Shown in pieces: positions 25,287 to 34,577 of a stretch of DNA of 46,625 bases. How positions within the stretch are numbered: the stretch's first letter is position 1; the number at the start of each line of letters is the position of its first letter. Source of the stretch: an uncultured Eubacteriales bacterium (lineage in GTDB: Bacteria > Bacillota > Clostridia > Oscillospirales > Ruminococcaceae); NCBI GenBank assembly GCA_900318545.1, contig ONLC01000001.1:1-46625 (forward strand). Direction: 5' to 3'. A program made the position numbers and the translations under genes. The notes beneath the pieces are model-generated. The model made no database searches. It saw only the letters and a list, made by a program, of their open reading frames with translations, and was not told where the DNA came from.

Positions 25287-26909
25287 ATGAGTATTTTATC
25301 AGCACTTAAAAAGCCTCTTACTGTGGTGCTGGCAGCCTCTGCTATGGTAATGGCAGCGGCAGCAGTCCCGGTGACAGACACAGGCTCGCAGTCAGTCGGA
25401 GTTATCTCAGCTCAGGCGGCAACAGTCAGCGTGCCCAAGGTAACAGGCGTTAAAACACAGACCCTCGGCACCAGCAGCGTAAAGGTAACATGGACAAAGC
25501 AGTCAAACGCTACGGGCTATCAGGTGTTCCAGCAGAGAAACGGAGTTTACTCTCTGCTCAAATCCATTTACTCGAACACCAACACCTACACTATAACCAA
25601 CCTCCCTGCTGCAAGGATAACCAATGTTAAAGTCAGAGCATGGAGAACAGTAGGCGGCAAAAACTATTTCGGAGCTCTCTCCGATCCCAGCTGGACAGCT
25701 ACAAATCCTGCCAAAGTAACAGGCATTAAGGCTGCGCCTGCTTCAAATTCCGTGAAGTTCACATGGAACGCAGTTACCTGCGATTACTACAGGATCTATC
25801 AGATGCAGTCAAACGGAAAGTGGAAGGGCATCAAGAACGTTACCACAAACAGCGGAACTATCACAGGTCTGAACGCAAACACAGCTTATAAGTTCTGCAT
25901 AAGAGCATGGCGTACCGACTGGGCAAAGAACGATCACGGCAGCGCCCTCTCGGATACAATATCCACCAAGACTACTAAGGCAGCCACTCCCGTAGCCGCA
26001 AACGGAAGGCTTTCCGTAAAGGGTGCGAATATCGTAAACTCCGCAGGAAAGGTATTTAAGATAAAGGGTATGTCCACTCACGGCATTATGTGGGAGGATT
26101 TCAGAAATATCCTGTCCGTGGCATCTCTTAAAGTCCTCCGTGATGACTGGAAATGCAACACCATAAGAGTTGCCATGTACACCGAGGAATGGGGCGGCTA
26201 TACAACAGGCTCGAGCTATGCATCAACTGCAAAGGCAAGAGTAAAGGCAGCTGTTGAGAACGCTAAGAACGTTGGTATGTATGTTATCATCGACTGGCAT
26301 ATCCTCAGCGACGGCGACCCCAGAAAGCACCAGAGCGAGGCTGTAGCCTTCTTCAAGGAAATGGCTAATACTTATAAAAACTACAACAACGTTATCTACG
26401 AGATCTGCAACGAGCCTAACGGCGGCGTAAGCTGGAACGGCGGCATCAAGAGCTACTGCCAGAGCGTTGTCAACGCTATCAGAACCTATGACAAGAACGC
26501 TGTGATCGTCTGCGGAACAGGTACATGGTCGCAGGATATAGATCAGGTAGTAGGCAACAGACTTTCTGACAAGAACTGTGTTTACGCTCTGCATTTCTAT
26601 GCAAACACCCATACCGACTGGCTCAGAAACAGGCTCCAGACCTGCTATAATAAGGGTCTTCCCGTTCTCGTATCAGAGTTCGGCACCTGCGATGCAAGCG
26701 GCAACGGCGGCTTCAACAAGAGCCAGACACAAGCATGGCTCAAGCTCCTCGATTCTCTGAATGTAGGCTACATCAACTGGTCAGCCTCAAACAAGAACGA
26801 AACAGCCTCGGCATTCAAGCCGGGAACAAACCTCAGAGCTATCTCCTCGGGCACATCTCAGCTGACCGACAGCGGCAAGCTCGTAAGAGAATGGTACAGA
26901 GCTCACTGA
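25287..26909 (+). CDS. Secreted endoglucanase: two FN3-like domains plus a GH5 (subfamily 2-like) catalytic domain
   Basis: Signal peptide; two repeats PxKVTG.K...W; GRLSVKG, KGMSTHG, IIDWH, acid/base ICNEP, HFYA, nucleophile SEFG, INWS. Confidence 0.92.
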   Translation: MSILSALKKPLTVVLAASAMVMAAAAVPVTDTGSQSVGVISAQAATVSVPKVTGVKTQTLGTSSVKVTWTKQSNATGYQVFQQRNGVYSLLKSIYSNTNTYTITNLPAARITNVKVRAWRTVGGKNYFGALSDPSWTATNPAKVTGIKAAPASNSVKFTWNAVTCDYYRIYQMQSNGKWKGIKNVTTNSGTITGLNANTAYKFCIRAWRTDWAKNDHGSALSDTISTKTTKAATPVAANGRLSVKGANIVNSAGKVFKIKGMSTHGIMWEDFRNILSVASLKVLRDDWKCNTIRVAMYTEEWGGYTTGSSYASTAKARVKAAVENAKNVGMYVIIDWHILSDGDPRKHQSEAVAFFKEMANTYKNYNNVIYEICNEPNGGVSWNGGIKSYCQSVVNAIRTYDKNAVIVCGTGTWSQDIDQVVGNRLSDKNCVYALHFYANTHTDWLRNRLQTCYNKGLPVLVSEFGTCDASGNGGFNKSQTQAWLKLLDSLNVGYINWSASNKNETASAFKPGTNLRAISSGTSQLTDSGKLVREWYRAH

Positions 26910-26936
26910 TTGATTAAAATCAACTAAGTATTTTCA

Positions 26937-26975
26937 AAAGGACAGACCCGGTTTTGTAGGGTCTGTCCTATTTTG
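26937..26975 (+). terminator. Intrinsic terminator
   Basis: AGGACAGACCC...GGGTCTGTCCT followed by ATTTT. Confidence 0.8.
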
Positions 26976-27075
26976 TTAATAAGGGAAGTATATTTCTTGA
27001 CAATATTATTATGATATGGTAACATATTAAAGTGAACTAAAACGTTTAAGACGTTCAGGAAAGGAAGGCAACAAA

Positions 27076-27990
27076 ATGAGCGAGCTGGTTCTTGAAACTC
27101 AGCAGCTGACTAAAATTTTCGGCAAGCACAAGGCTGTCAATGAAGTCAGCGTTCATGTTGAAAGGGGCTCTGTTTACGGCTTTATCGGCAAAAACGGAGC
27201 AGGAAAGACAACATTTATGAAAATGGTCTGCGGACTGTCCTCTCAGACCTCGGGAGGAATAAGCCTTTTCGGGCAGACAGGTGCAGGACTTAAAGACGTC
27301 AGGCATAAGGTAGGCTGTCTGATAGAGGATCCCGGCATTTTCCCGAAGCTTTCGGCTCTGGAGAATGTAAGACTAAAATGCCTTGCTATGGGCTGCTATA
27401 ACAAGGATTATGCTATGGGTCTTCTGCAGAGGGTAGGTCTTGCAGATACGGGAAAGAAGAAGGCAGGCCGCTTCTCCCTCGGTATGAGGCAAAGGCTCGG
27501 TATAGCACTTGCAATGGTCGGAAGTCCTGAGCTGCTCGTCCTTGATGAGCCTATAAACGGCCTTGACCCCCAGGGTATCGCAGAGGTAAGAGAAACAATA
27601 CACAGCCTCAGCCAGGAGAGCGGTATAACGATACTTATTTCAAGCCATATTCTTGATGAGCTCTCCAAGATAGCCACTCATTACGGCATAATAAATGACG
27701 GACAGCTTATCCGTGAGCTTTCCGCAGAGCAGCTGCTCAATGCCCGCACCGGCGGCATCGACATCACTATCGACAATTTCGGCAGAGCACAGGAGATACT
27801 TCATTCTATGGGTCTGCCGTTCGAGCTGACCGAGCCGTTCCACATATCGGTATCGGCAGGAAAGGAGCTTGCGGCAGAGATAAACAAGGCTCTTGTAATG
27901 GGCGGAGTAGCCGTTTCCGAGCTTGCCGTCCACAGTGAGGATCTTGAATCCTACTATCTGAAGCTGACAGGAGGTGAGGTCAATGCTTAA
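27076..27990 (+). CDS. ABC ATP-binding protein (BcrA/lantibiotic-protection type)
   Basis: GKNGAGKTT, FSLGMRQRLGIA, LDEPINGLDPQGI, SSHILDEL. Confidence 0.9.
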   Translation: MSELVLETQQLTKIFGKHKAVNEVSVHVERGSVYGFIGKNGAGKTTFMKMVCGLSSQTSGGISLFGQTGAGLKDVRHKVGCLIEDPGIFPKLSALENVRLKCLAMGCYNKDYAMGLLQRVGLADTGKKKAGRFSLGMRQRLGIALAMVGSPELLVLDEPINGLDPQGIAEVRETIHSLSQESGITILISSHILDELSKIATHYGIINDGQLIRELSAEQLLNARTGGIDITIDNFGRAQEILHSMGLPFELTEPFHISVSAGKELAAEINKALVMGGVAVSELAVHSEDLESYYLKLTGGEVNA

Positions 27991-28777
27991 TCTGCTTAGA
28001 ATGGATCTCAGAAGGCTGCCGAGAAATACGGCATTTAAGGTGATACTTATTCTTCTTGCCTTCGACCTTACCATGACCTCATTCAGTCTGAGCTATATGA
28101 TCAGTCACGCAAGTGATTCGGGTGATCTGCTCGGCATAGCGGGTGTAAACTCCAAGGTGATGACCTTCGGCACCTTCCTGAGAATAACGATAGGCCAGCT
28201 CGGAGACCTTGCCCTGTACCCTGCTATCTTTATAGTGCTCTTCACAAACGGAGATTTCAGCACAGGCTTCATCAAGTCCGTTGCAGGACAGGTACGCTCA
28301 AGAGGTATGCTTGCCGTTTCAAAATTCATCACCACCGTGATCTATACCGTATTCTATTTTGCGGTCTACCTGCTTCTCAGTATGCTGGAGCTCGTCATCT
28401 TCTTTGACGGCATCAATGTGCCCAATGCTTCTAAATTTGTACAGTATCTGCTGCTGACATTCTATCTGTACACGGCAATGATGATACTTATCGCAGCTAT
28501 AGCCCAGATATTCAGAAGCAACCTTGTCGGCATCATCTTAGGAGTTATGATAGCCTCGGGACTGCTTTCAAGCATACTGAAGCTTATAAACATACTGCTC
28601 AAAAAGCTTGAAATCGACATTGACATCTCAAAATACACCATAACAGGCTGTATCACCAGTCTGAAGCTCACAGGCGACATTTCCGACTACAGCAGGCACA
28701 TCATAGTAGGAACCGTATTTATCATCGTAAGCATCGCTGCAACGGTGTTCTCCTACAACAAGCGTGACATAGCGTAA
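27983..28777 (+). CDS. ABC-2 family permease
   Basis: ATG after GGAGGTGA overlaps the ATPase end; about 6 TM helices; DFSTGFIK; C-terminal KRDI. Confidence 0.85.
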   Translation: MLNLLRMDLRRLPRNTAFKVILILLAFDLTMTSFSLSYMISHASDSGDLLGIAGVNSKVMTFGTFLRITIGQLGDLALYPAIFIVLFTNGDFSTGFIKSVAGQVRSRGMLAVSKFITTVIYTVFYFAVYLLLSMLELVIFFDGINVPNASKFVQYLLLTFYLYTAMMILIAAIAQIFRSNLVGIILGVMIASGLLSSILKLINILLKKLEIDIDISKYTITGCITSLKLTGDISDYSRHIIVGTVFIIVSIAATVFSYNKRDIA

Positions 28778-28820
28778 AGGTGCTCGCCGCACGGCTAATA
28801 CGCATCGAACCTTTGCAAAC

Positions 28821-28851
28821 AAAAATCCCTGCCAAAAGAGCAGGGATTTTT
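28821..28851. terminator. Bidirectional terminator
   Basis: AAAAATCCCTGC-caaaaga-GCAGGGATTTTT between convergent genes. Confidence 0.85.
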
Positions 28852-28852
28852 A

Positions 28853-30619
28853 CTATTTATCAGCCTTCAGACTCTCGGCAAGCTCCTTATCGGGCTTTAC
28901 GGTTATTGTGTAGTTGTTCACGAAAATCACCATGCCGGGCTTTGCACCGTTCGGCTTTTTTACGTTCTTGATAAAGGTGTAGTCCACATCGCAGCGTGAG
29001 GACTCAGCCGCACTTGAATGGCAGGCAGCGATTATTGCAGCCTCCTCAACTGTTCTGTCGGGCGGGAACTCCCCTCCGAGCTCCGAACAGCTGACTATTA
29101 CGTGGCTTCCCGTGATCTCCTTTGTGTGCAGCCAGAGATCGTTTTTCTCGCTCTGCTTGCAGGTGAGCATATCGTTTTGCTTATTGTTCCTGCCGACCCT
29201 TATCTCATACCCGTCCGAGGATATGAACCGAAGCGGCGGCGCTGCCTTTGCAGGCTTTCCCTTCTGACGTCCTCGTCTCAGGTAGCCCTGCTCTCTCAGC
29301 TCTGCCCTTATTTCGTCAAGCTCACCCTCGGTTTTGGCTCTCGTGAGTGCATCGTAAACCGATTCAAGATATGCAGTTTCGTTCTCGCCCTCTTCGATCA
29401 GCCCTGTGAGCATCTTCTGTGCGGTATCGAGCTTTTTGTACTCCTTGTAGTACTTCTGAGCGTTCTGATTTGGAGAAAGCCTTTTATCAAGCTTTATCTC
29501 CACCTCGGGAGAGCCCTCCTCATAGAAGTTCGCAAGCTTAACCGAGCCGCTTCCCTTTTCTATCGCATAAAGGTTCGCCATTATAAGGTCGCCCATTACT
29601 CTGAATTTATCTCTGTCGGCACAGTCATCAAGCTCTAAACGCTGGTTTTTCACGCGGCGTCTGGTTCTGTCGATAAGTGTCGATAAATGTCTGAAAAGGT
29701 CGCCTGCACGCTGTTTTGTGCGTGAAAGCGTATCTCTTCCCGAGTAGAAGCTGTCAAGAAGCTCGCCTGCACTTGTGAAGTATGTACGCTCCATAAGCGA
29801 GCCGAAATGCTCTATATCGCAAAAGCAGAAGTCTCTCAGCCTGCCCTCTCCGTCAGTAAGGACAGTATAGCGGTTTTCACCCGCCTGAACCTGCTCTCTG
29901 ATTTTTGTGATATAAGCCCATATACGCTCACTTGCGTCATCGCTGAGCTCTCCTGCCGTTACCTCATCACCGCCGGAAGCGAGTGCCTCTATCTCATCGG
30001 CAAACACAGGAGATATACCCTCGCACGAAACCATTATCGCCTTTGACAGTCGCTTACCCTCGCAGGCGGAAAGCCTTTCAAAGAAAGCCTCTCTCTCACA
30101 GCTGAGTATATCCAGCCTGTCCTCCCGTGACGGCCTTTCGTATATCATACCCGGCAGCACCATGCGGTTTGCGGTTTCCTGACCGATACGCTTTATGCTG
30201 TCTATTATCCTTTCATCAGGTCGGGTATAGAGTATCAGGTTTGAACGCCTTCCCATAAGCTCTGCCGCAAGGGTGAGCTCACAGCGGTCGCCCATTTCGT
30301 CAGTACCCTCCATATCAATGTAGAGGATACGCTCAAAGCCATCCTGTCTTATGTCGGTTATCCTCGCCCCCGACAGGCGTTTTCTCATAAGCATACAAAA
30401 CATCGGCGGAGTTTTCGGATTGTCGATCTCCGCCGAGGTAATATGTGCTCTCGCCGAGCCTGCTCCCGTGTTTATCAGGAGCTTTTTAGCCCCCTCTCTG
30501 CCTCTGACCGTTATCAGAAGCTCCTCTCTGGAGGGCTGATAAATCTTATCAACTCTCCCGTCTATAAGACAGGAGAGTTCTTTTTTTATAAGGCTCAGAT
30601 ATATTCCGTCAAGTGCCAT
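28853..30619 (-). CDS. rqcH: NFACT-family ribosome quality control protein RqcH (FbpA/PavA)
   Basis: MALDG, KIYQP, PPMFCMLMRK, ELMGRRSN, NAQKYYK, VGRNNKQND, GSHVI, KKPNGAKPGMV. Confidence 0.93.
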   Translation of the reverse strand: MALDGIYLSLIKKELSCLIDGRVDKIYQPSREELLITVRGREGAKKLLINTGAGSARAHITSAEIDNPKTPPMFCMLMRKRLSGARITDIRQDGFERILYIDMEGTDEMGDRCELTLAAELMGRRSNLILYTRPDERIIDSIKRIGQETANRMVLPGMIYERPSREDRLDILSCEREAFFERLSACEGKRLSKAIMVSCEGISPVFADEIEALASGGDEVTAGELSDDASERIWAYITKIREQVQAGENRYTVLTDGEGRLRDFCFCDIEHFGSLMERTYFTSAGELLDSFYSGRDTLSRTKQRAGDLFRHLSTLIDRTRRRVKNQRLELDDCADRDKFRVMGDLIMANLYAIEKGSGSVKLANFYEEGSPEVEIKLDKRLSPNQNAQKYYKEYKKLDTAQKMLTGLIEEGENETAYLESVYDALTRAKTEGELDEIRAELREQGYLRRGRQKGKPAKAAPPLRFISSDGYEIRVGRNNKQNDMLTCKQSEKNDLWLHTKEITGSHVIVSCSELGGEFPPDRTVEEAAIIAACHSSAAESSRCDVDYTFIKNVKKPNGAKPGMVIFVNNYTITVKPDKELAESLKADK

Positions 30620-30654
30620 TGGTCAATAGCTGTCCTTTCATCGGGTATGTGCTG

Positions 30655-31443
30655 TCAGACCTGCGGTCTTTTCTTTCCGCCCTTTGTGGAATAGGAAAGG
30701 ATATCACAGTTGCTGTCAGCTACTTCAAACGCAACGTCTGCGAAGTTCTCGCTTAGCTTATCCTTCATATAGGTGCAGAAAATATTCTCGGTGTGGAAAT
30801 GCCCTGCATCAATAACACAAAGCCCGGCATTATGGGCATCTATGAACACATCATGCTTTACATCACCTGTTATGTAAGCATCGCAGCCCTTTGAAAGTGC
30901 CTCCTTCATAAAGCTTCCGCCGCTGCCCGAGCATATACCTACAGTTCTGATAGGCTTATTCGTTCTGTTGTATCTGATGACCGTATTTCCGAGGTTCTCC
31001 TGCACAAGCTCAACAAAATCGGCTGCAGAATACTCTCTGTCGAGCCAGCAGATATTGCCTGTGTTTTTATCACCGTCGCTGCAAAGAGGTGCTATCGGAG
31101 TCATGCCGAGCTCCTCGCAGAGTATGTCATTCATTATGGAATTGTCAAAGTTCGTATGTGCAGACAAAGCAGATATCTGCTTCTGGCAAAGCTTTACAAC
31201 CGCATCTGTTCCCCTCAGAGAGGTAACGCTCCCGAAAATAACGGGGTGATGCGTGATGATAAGGTCTGCACCCTTTTTTGCAGCCTCTTCAACCACCTCG
31301 GTCGTGATATCAAGAGCGATCAGAGCCTTTGTAATATCCTTGTCACCGAACATAACGTTCATTCCGCTGTTGTCATAGCTCTCCTGAAGATTGTACGGAG
31401 CTATAGAGTCGATAAAATTATAGATGTCCTTTACCTTTGGCAT
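30655..31443 (-). CDS. Nif3-like dinuclear metal centre protein (YbgI/YqfO)
   Basis: YDNSG, IITHHPVIF, AHTNFD, SGSGG, ITGDVKH, DAGHFHTE. Confidence 0.92.
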   Translation of the reverse strand: MPKVKDIYNFIDSIAPYNLQESYDNSGMNVMFGDKDITKALIALDITTEVVEEAAKKGADLIITHHPVIFGSVTSLRGTDAVVKLCQKQISALSAHTNFDNSIMNDILCEELGMTPIAPLCSDGDKNTGNICWLDREYSAADFVELVQENLGNTVIRYNRTNKPIRTVGICSGSGGSFMKEALSKGCDAYITGDVKHDVFIDAHNAGLCVIDAGHFHTENIFCTYMKDKLSENFADVAFEVADSNCDILSYSTKGGKKRPQV

Positions 31444-32111
31444 GATGATACCCCTTTTCTTTTTTGTGTAGTTATATCCAAAAGCCTCTCTCCGAGGTCT
31501 TTTTTATCCTCTGACCCGAGCATTCCCCTTGCAGCCCTTTCAAGCCTTCCGCACTGCCGGAGGATATACTCTTTCGCCTCAGCAGTATCGGGCTTTACAA
31601 GTCCGAAATACAAATACTCATCGTCACAGCGGTAGGTTCTCTCTCCCGAAAACCTCCCCGACATGACCGTATATGCAAACCTGCCCGAAATGCAGGCCTC
31701 TTCCCTTTTCACTGCAAAGCCATTGTCCCAGAGCCACCGCCTTAGATACTCGGGCTTGCTCATAGGCTGCATAACTATGTTCACCGATCCGTCCCGAACC
31801 TTCACGCACCTGCCCAGAATATCAGCGATGAGCTCTCCGCCCATGCCTGCAAGCACCACATCGGTAACGCCCTCCATTGGCACACTGTCAAGCCCGTCTG
31901 AAAGCACAGTCCTTATCCTGTCTGTAAGCCCCTGAGCCCTGATATGCTCCTCAGCAGAAGCCAGCGGCTTTTCTCCTATATCGCAGGCGAGCGCACTTTC
32001 GCACCTGCCCTCTTTAATAAGAAAGCACGGCAGATACCCGTGATCCGTTCCCACATCGCAGACACAGACGCCCTCGACCAGCTCTGCACAGAGCCTTAAC
32101 CTGTTGTCCAA
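31431..32111 (-). CDS. trmK: tRNA (adenine(22)-N1)-methyltransferase
   Basis: DVGTDHGYLP, LSDGL, AGMGGELI, MQPM; canonical trmK-nif3 synteny. Confidence 0.92.
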   Translation of the reverse strand: MDNRLRLCAELVEGVCVCDVGTDHGYLPCFLIKEGRCESALACDIGEKPLASAEEHIRAQGLTDRIRTVLSDGLDSVPMEGVTDVVLAGMGGELIADILGRCVKVRDGSVNIVMQPMSKPEYLRRWLWDNGFAVKREEACISGRFAYTVMSGRFSGERTYRCDDEYLYFGLVKPDTAEAKEYILRQCGRLERAARGMLGSEDKKDLGERLLDITTQKRKGVSSCQR

Positions 32112-32134
32112 ATCCTCACCGTCCTAAAAAACAA

Positions 32135-32164
32135 CCGCAGTACCGTCAAAGGAAGATACTGCGG
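32135..32164 (-). terminator. Hairpin after the DUF1858 gene
   Basis: CCGCAGTA/TACTGCGG stem followed on the minus strand by TTGTTTTTT. Confidence 0.55.
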
Positions 32165-32171
32165 AAAGGAA

Positions 32172-32375
32172 CTAGCCTGCAAAATGAGCGTTGAGCTTAG
32201 CGATAAGCTCCTCAGGGTCAACGCCGTGAACGAAGCAAGCCTCTTCAACAGTTTCGCCCCTTGAAGCAGGACAGTACAGACAGTGCATACCCATTTCCAT
32301 AAAGAAAGGAGCTGTATTCTCGTCAGCGTCCATAATGTCGCCGATTACTGTATCTTTAGTTACTGTAAAAGCCAT
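32172..32375 (-). CDS. DUF1858-domain protein (hybrid-cluster-associated redox disulfide domain)
   Basis: TKDTVIGDI, GMHCLYCPASRGETVEEAC..HG; AAGGAGG RBS. Confidence 0.88.
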   Translation of the reverse strand: MAFTVTKDTVIGDIMDADENTAPFFMEMGMHCLYCPASRGETVEEACFVHGVDPEELIAKLNAHFAG

Positions 32376-32407
32376 TTTCTTATCCTCCTTTTTGATCGTC
32401 TACATCT

Positions 32408-32436
32408 ATTATAACCAATTACGATGCAAATATCAA
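32408..32436 (-). promoter_or_regulatory. Sigma-A promoter of the DUF1858 gene
   Basis: TTGATA-N17-TATAAT on the minus strand. Confidence 0.65.
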
Positions 32437-32473
32437 TTACCAATCTGTTAACAATGCAAGCCCGATGAACCAT

Positions 32474-32492
32474 TTATCCACACTATCTTGTG
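32474..32492 (+). promoter_or_regulatory. Perfect DnaA box overlapping an NrdR-like box
   Basis: TTATCCACA (32474-32482); CCACACTATCTTGTG (32478-32492). Confidence 0.45.
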
Positions 32493-32627
32493 CCGCCTCT
32501 GCGATACTGTCTGCCCAAGCCCACAGCATTTTGTGGTTTTGTGCAATTCAGACAGTTTTTTCTCCCGAAAGCGGCTATATAAAACGATTTCGGAATCAAA
32601 ATCGCCAAAGGGAAAATATTTCAGAAG

Positions 32628-32642
32628 AATTTTCAGAAAATT
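32628..32642. promoter_or_regulatory. CodY-box consensus match
   Basis: AATTTTCAGAAAATT is an exact match to AATTTTCWGAAAATT. Confidence 0.45.
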
Positions 32643-32794
32643 AACATTTCTTGAAATGTAATAATTAAATCAAATAACTAAAAATTATGTAACCGAATTT
32701 TAATCCCTCCTTCCAAAGAGCTCCAAGCCTTTCCGAGGGGTTTTGTAAAATCTGACGAAGTTGTTAAAAAAATCCGACTTTTTGTGAAATCCTA

Positions 32795-32823
32795 TTGACG
32801 TATACTATATATTGTGATAAAAT
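32795..32823 (+). promoter_or_regulatory. Sigma-A promoter with an NrdR-like box in the spacer
   Basis: TTGACG-N17-TAAAAT with extended TG; ATACTATATATTGTG at 32802-32816. Confidence 0.65.
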
Positions 32824-32829
32824 CAGTAT

Positions 32830-32916
32830 AGAGGGAAAGTGACAGGGCATTGCTGCCGATGTCCCGAGCAGCTCCGCAGAGGGCTGTCGGGGCATCATAT
32901 ATTTTGTCATTTTCCC
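32830..32916 (+). ncRNA. Candidate structured non-coding RNA or leader
   Basis: Starts at the predicted TSS. P1 32833-44/32905-16, P2 32846-57, P3 32858-96; mismatches are G-U compatible on the + strand. Confidence 0.5.
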
Positions 32917-33055
32917 ATTAACAGAAATTTTACAAATTACAATTAAGTTACAAAATCCAGCAAAAATATTACAGAAGTTCCGCTAAATCGCAGGTAAAAA
33001 TCCTGTCTGTCCGAAAAAATTCCCTGTCGAAACTGAGGTTTGGGGAAAATTACTG

Positions 33056-33141
33056 TTGCAATTTTTGGCTCAATAGTGTATAATGGGTACAAGAAGTGTA
33101 TTTTAGTGCATTTCTGTGTACAAAAGTGCTTTGTGAGTGTA
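33056..33141 (+). promoter_or_regulatory. mraZ/dcw promoter with MraZ-binding repeats
   Basis: TTGCAA-N17-TATAAT. GTGY(A) at 33076, 33096, 33106, 33116, 33126 (10-bp period) and 33137. Confidence 0.75.
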
Positions 33142-33165
33142 AAATGCAGCAGGAGGTGAACGGCT

Positions 33166-33594
33166 TTGGAGGGCATGCTGCTCAGCGGACTGAACAATGT
33201 AACTATGGACTCTAAGGGGCGTATCACGTTCCCTGCGAAGTTCAGAGAGGCTCTTGGGAGCCGCTTCACGATAACAAAGGGTCTTGACGGCTGTTTGTTT
33301 GTGTACTCAACAGAGGATTTTGACAAGCTCGGCGAGAAGATCAGGGCTTTGCCTATGGCTAAGGCGAGAACGCTTCAGAGAACGTTTATGGCGTGGGCGT
33401 GCGAGGTCGAAACGGACAAGCAGGGAAAGCTGCTTATACCGAAGGAGCTGCGTGAAACGGCAGGTCTCGGGAAGGAGATCGTGGTGGCAGGCGTTACCGA
33501 CCGCTGCGAGATCTGGGACAAGGCTCGCTGGGACGAATACAATGCCAAGGCCGAAGAAATACTCGCTGAAACGCTTGAGGGGCTGGATATCTGA
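33166..33594 (+). CDS. mraZ: Transcriptional regulator MraZ
   Basis: DSKGRITFPAKFRE, TKGLDGCL, DKQGKLLIP, EIWD. Alternative ATG start at 33175. Confidence 0.95.
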   Translation: MEGMLLSGLNNVTMDSKGRITFPAKFREALGSRFTITKGLDGCLFVYSTEDFDKLGEKIRALPMAKARTLQRTFMAWACEVETDKQGKLLIPKELRETAGLGKEIVVAGVTDRCEIWDKARWDEYNAKAEEILAETLEGLDI

Positions 33595-34544
33595 TGGAAT
33601 TCGAGCATATACCCGTGCTGCTTGAGGAGATCCTTGAGGGGCTGGATATAAAGGCTGACGGTGTTTATTTCGACGGCACCGTAGGCGGTGCAGGGCATTC
33701 GCTGAGGATAGCTCAGAGACTTGACGCCGACAAAGGCGGAAGGCTGCTTTGCTCGGACAGGGACCCGGAGGCTGCAAATGTTGCAAGAGAAAGGCTCAGA
33801 GGACTGCCTGCACAGGTATTTGACGGAAACTATGATGAGGTAGACCGATTTGCCGAAGAGGCAGGCGTTGACGGACTTGACGGGATACTGCTTGATCTGG
33901 GAGTTTCGTCCTATCAGCTTGATAATGCGGAGAGAGGCTTTTCCTACCACAATGATGCTCCGCTTGACATGAGGATGTCATCAAGCGGCCTTTCGGCAAG
34001 AGATGTTGTGAATGAGTATGAGCAGAAAAGGCTCATGAAGATACTTTTTGACTACGGTGAAGAGAAGTTTGCACCAAGGATAGCTCAGGCTATCGTGAAA
34101 AAGCGTGAGCAGGCTCCGATAGAAACTACGGGAGAGCTTGCAGAGATCGTCAGAAGTGCCGTGCCGCAGAAGGCAAGGCGTGATAAAAATCCATGCAAGA
34201 AAACATTTCAGGCGATAAGGATCGAGGTAAACGATGAGTTCGGACACCTTGACACCGCCCTTGATAAGTGCTTCGATGCTTTGAATGTCGGAGGAAGGCT
34301 CTGCGTGATAACGTTCCACTCACTGGAGGACAGGATAGTAAAGCAGAGGTTTAAGACCTTTACTCAGGGCTGTATCTGTCCGCCCGATTTTCCGCAGTGC
34401 GTATGCGGAAGAACGCCCGCAGGCAGGCTCGTTACAAGAAAGCCCGTTGAGGCAGGTGCCGAGGAGCTCGAACGCAACAGCAGAAGCAGAAGCGCAAAGC
34501 TCAGAGTGATAGAAAAGCTCGGAGAAAGACAGCCGCTAATTTGA
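33594..34544 (+). CDS. rsmH: 16S rRNA C1402 N4-methyltransferase RsmH (MraW)
   Basis: HIPVLL, DGTVGGAGHS, DLGVSSYQLD, PLDMRM, FQAIRIEVN, FHSLEDR, RSAKLR. Confidence 0.97.
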   Translation: MEFEHIPVLLEEILEGLDIKADGVYFDGTVGGAGHSLRIAQRLDADKGGRLLCSDRDPEAANVARERLRGLPAQVFDGNYDEVDRFAEEAGVDGLDGILLDLGVSSYQLDNAERGFSYHNDAPLDMRMSSSGLSARDVVNEYEQKRLMKILFDYGEEKFAPRIAQAIVKKREQAPIETTGELAEIVRSAVPQKARRDKNPCKKTFQAIRIEVNDEFGHLDTALDKCFDALNVGGRLCVITFHSLEDRIVKQRFKTFTQGCICPPDFPQCVCGRTPAGRLVTRKPVEAGAEELERNSRSRSAKLRVIEKLGERQPLI

Positions 34545-34577
34545 CGGCACCCATAAGAACGATCAGAGGTGATATAT

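Noticed and set aside
25420-25980. Dockerin or CBM37 in the GH5 enzyme
   Set aside because: No duplicated calcium-binding dockerin loops; the repeats look like generic FN3 and cannot be assigned to CBM37 by eye.
32474-32482. Replication origin
   Set aside because: Only one perfect DnaA box here, and no dnaA/dnaN/rpmH context.
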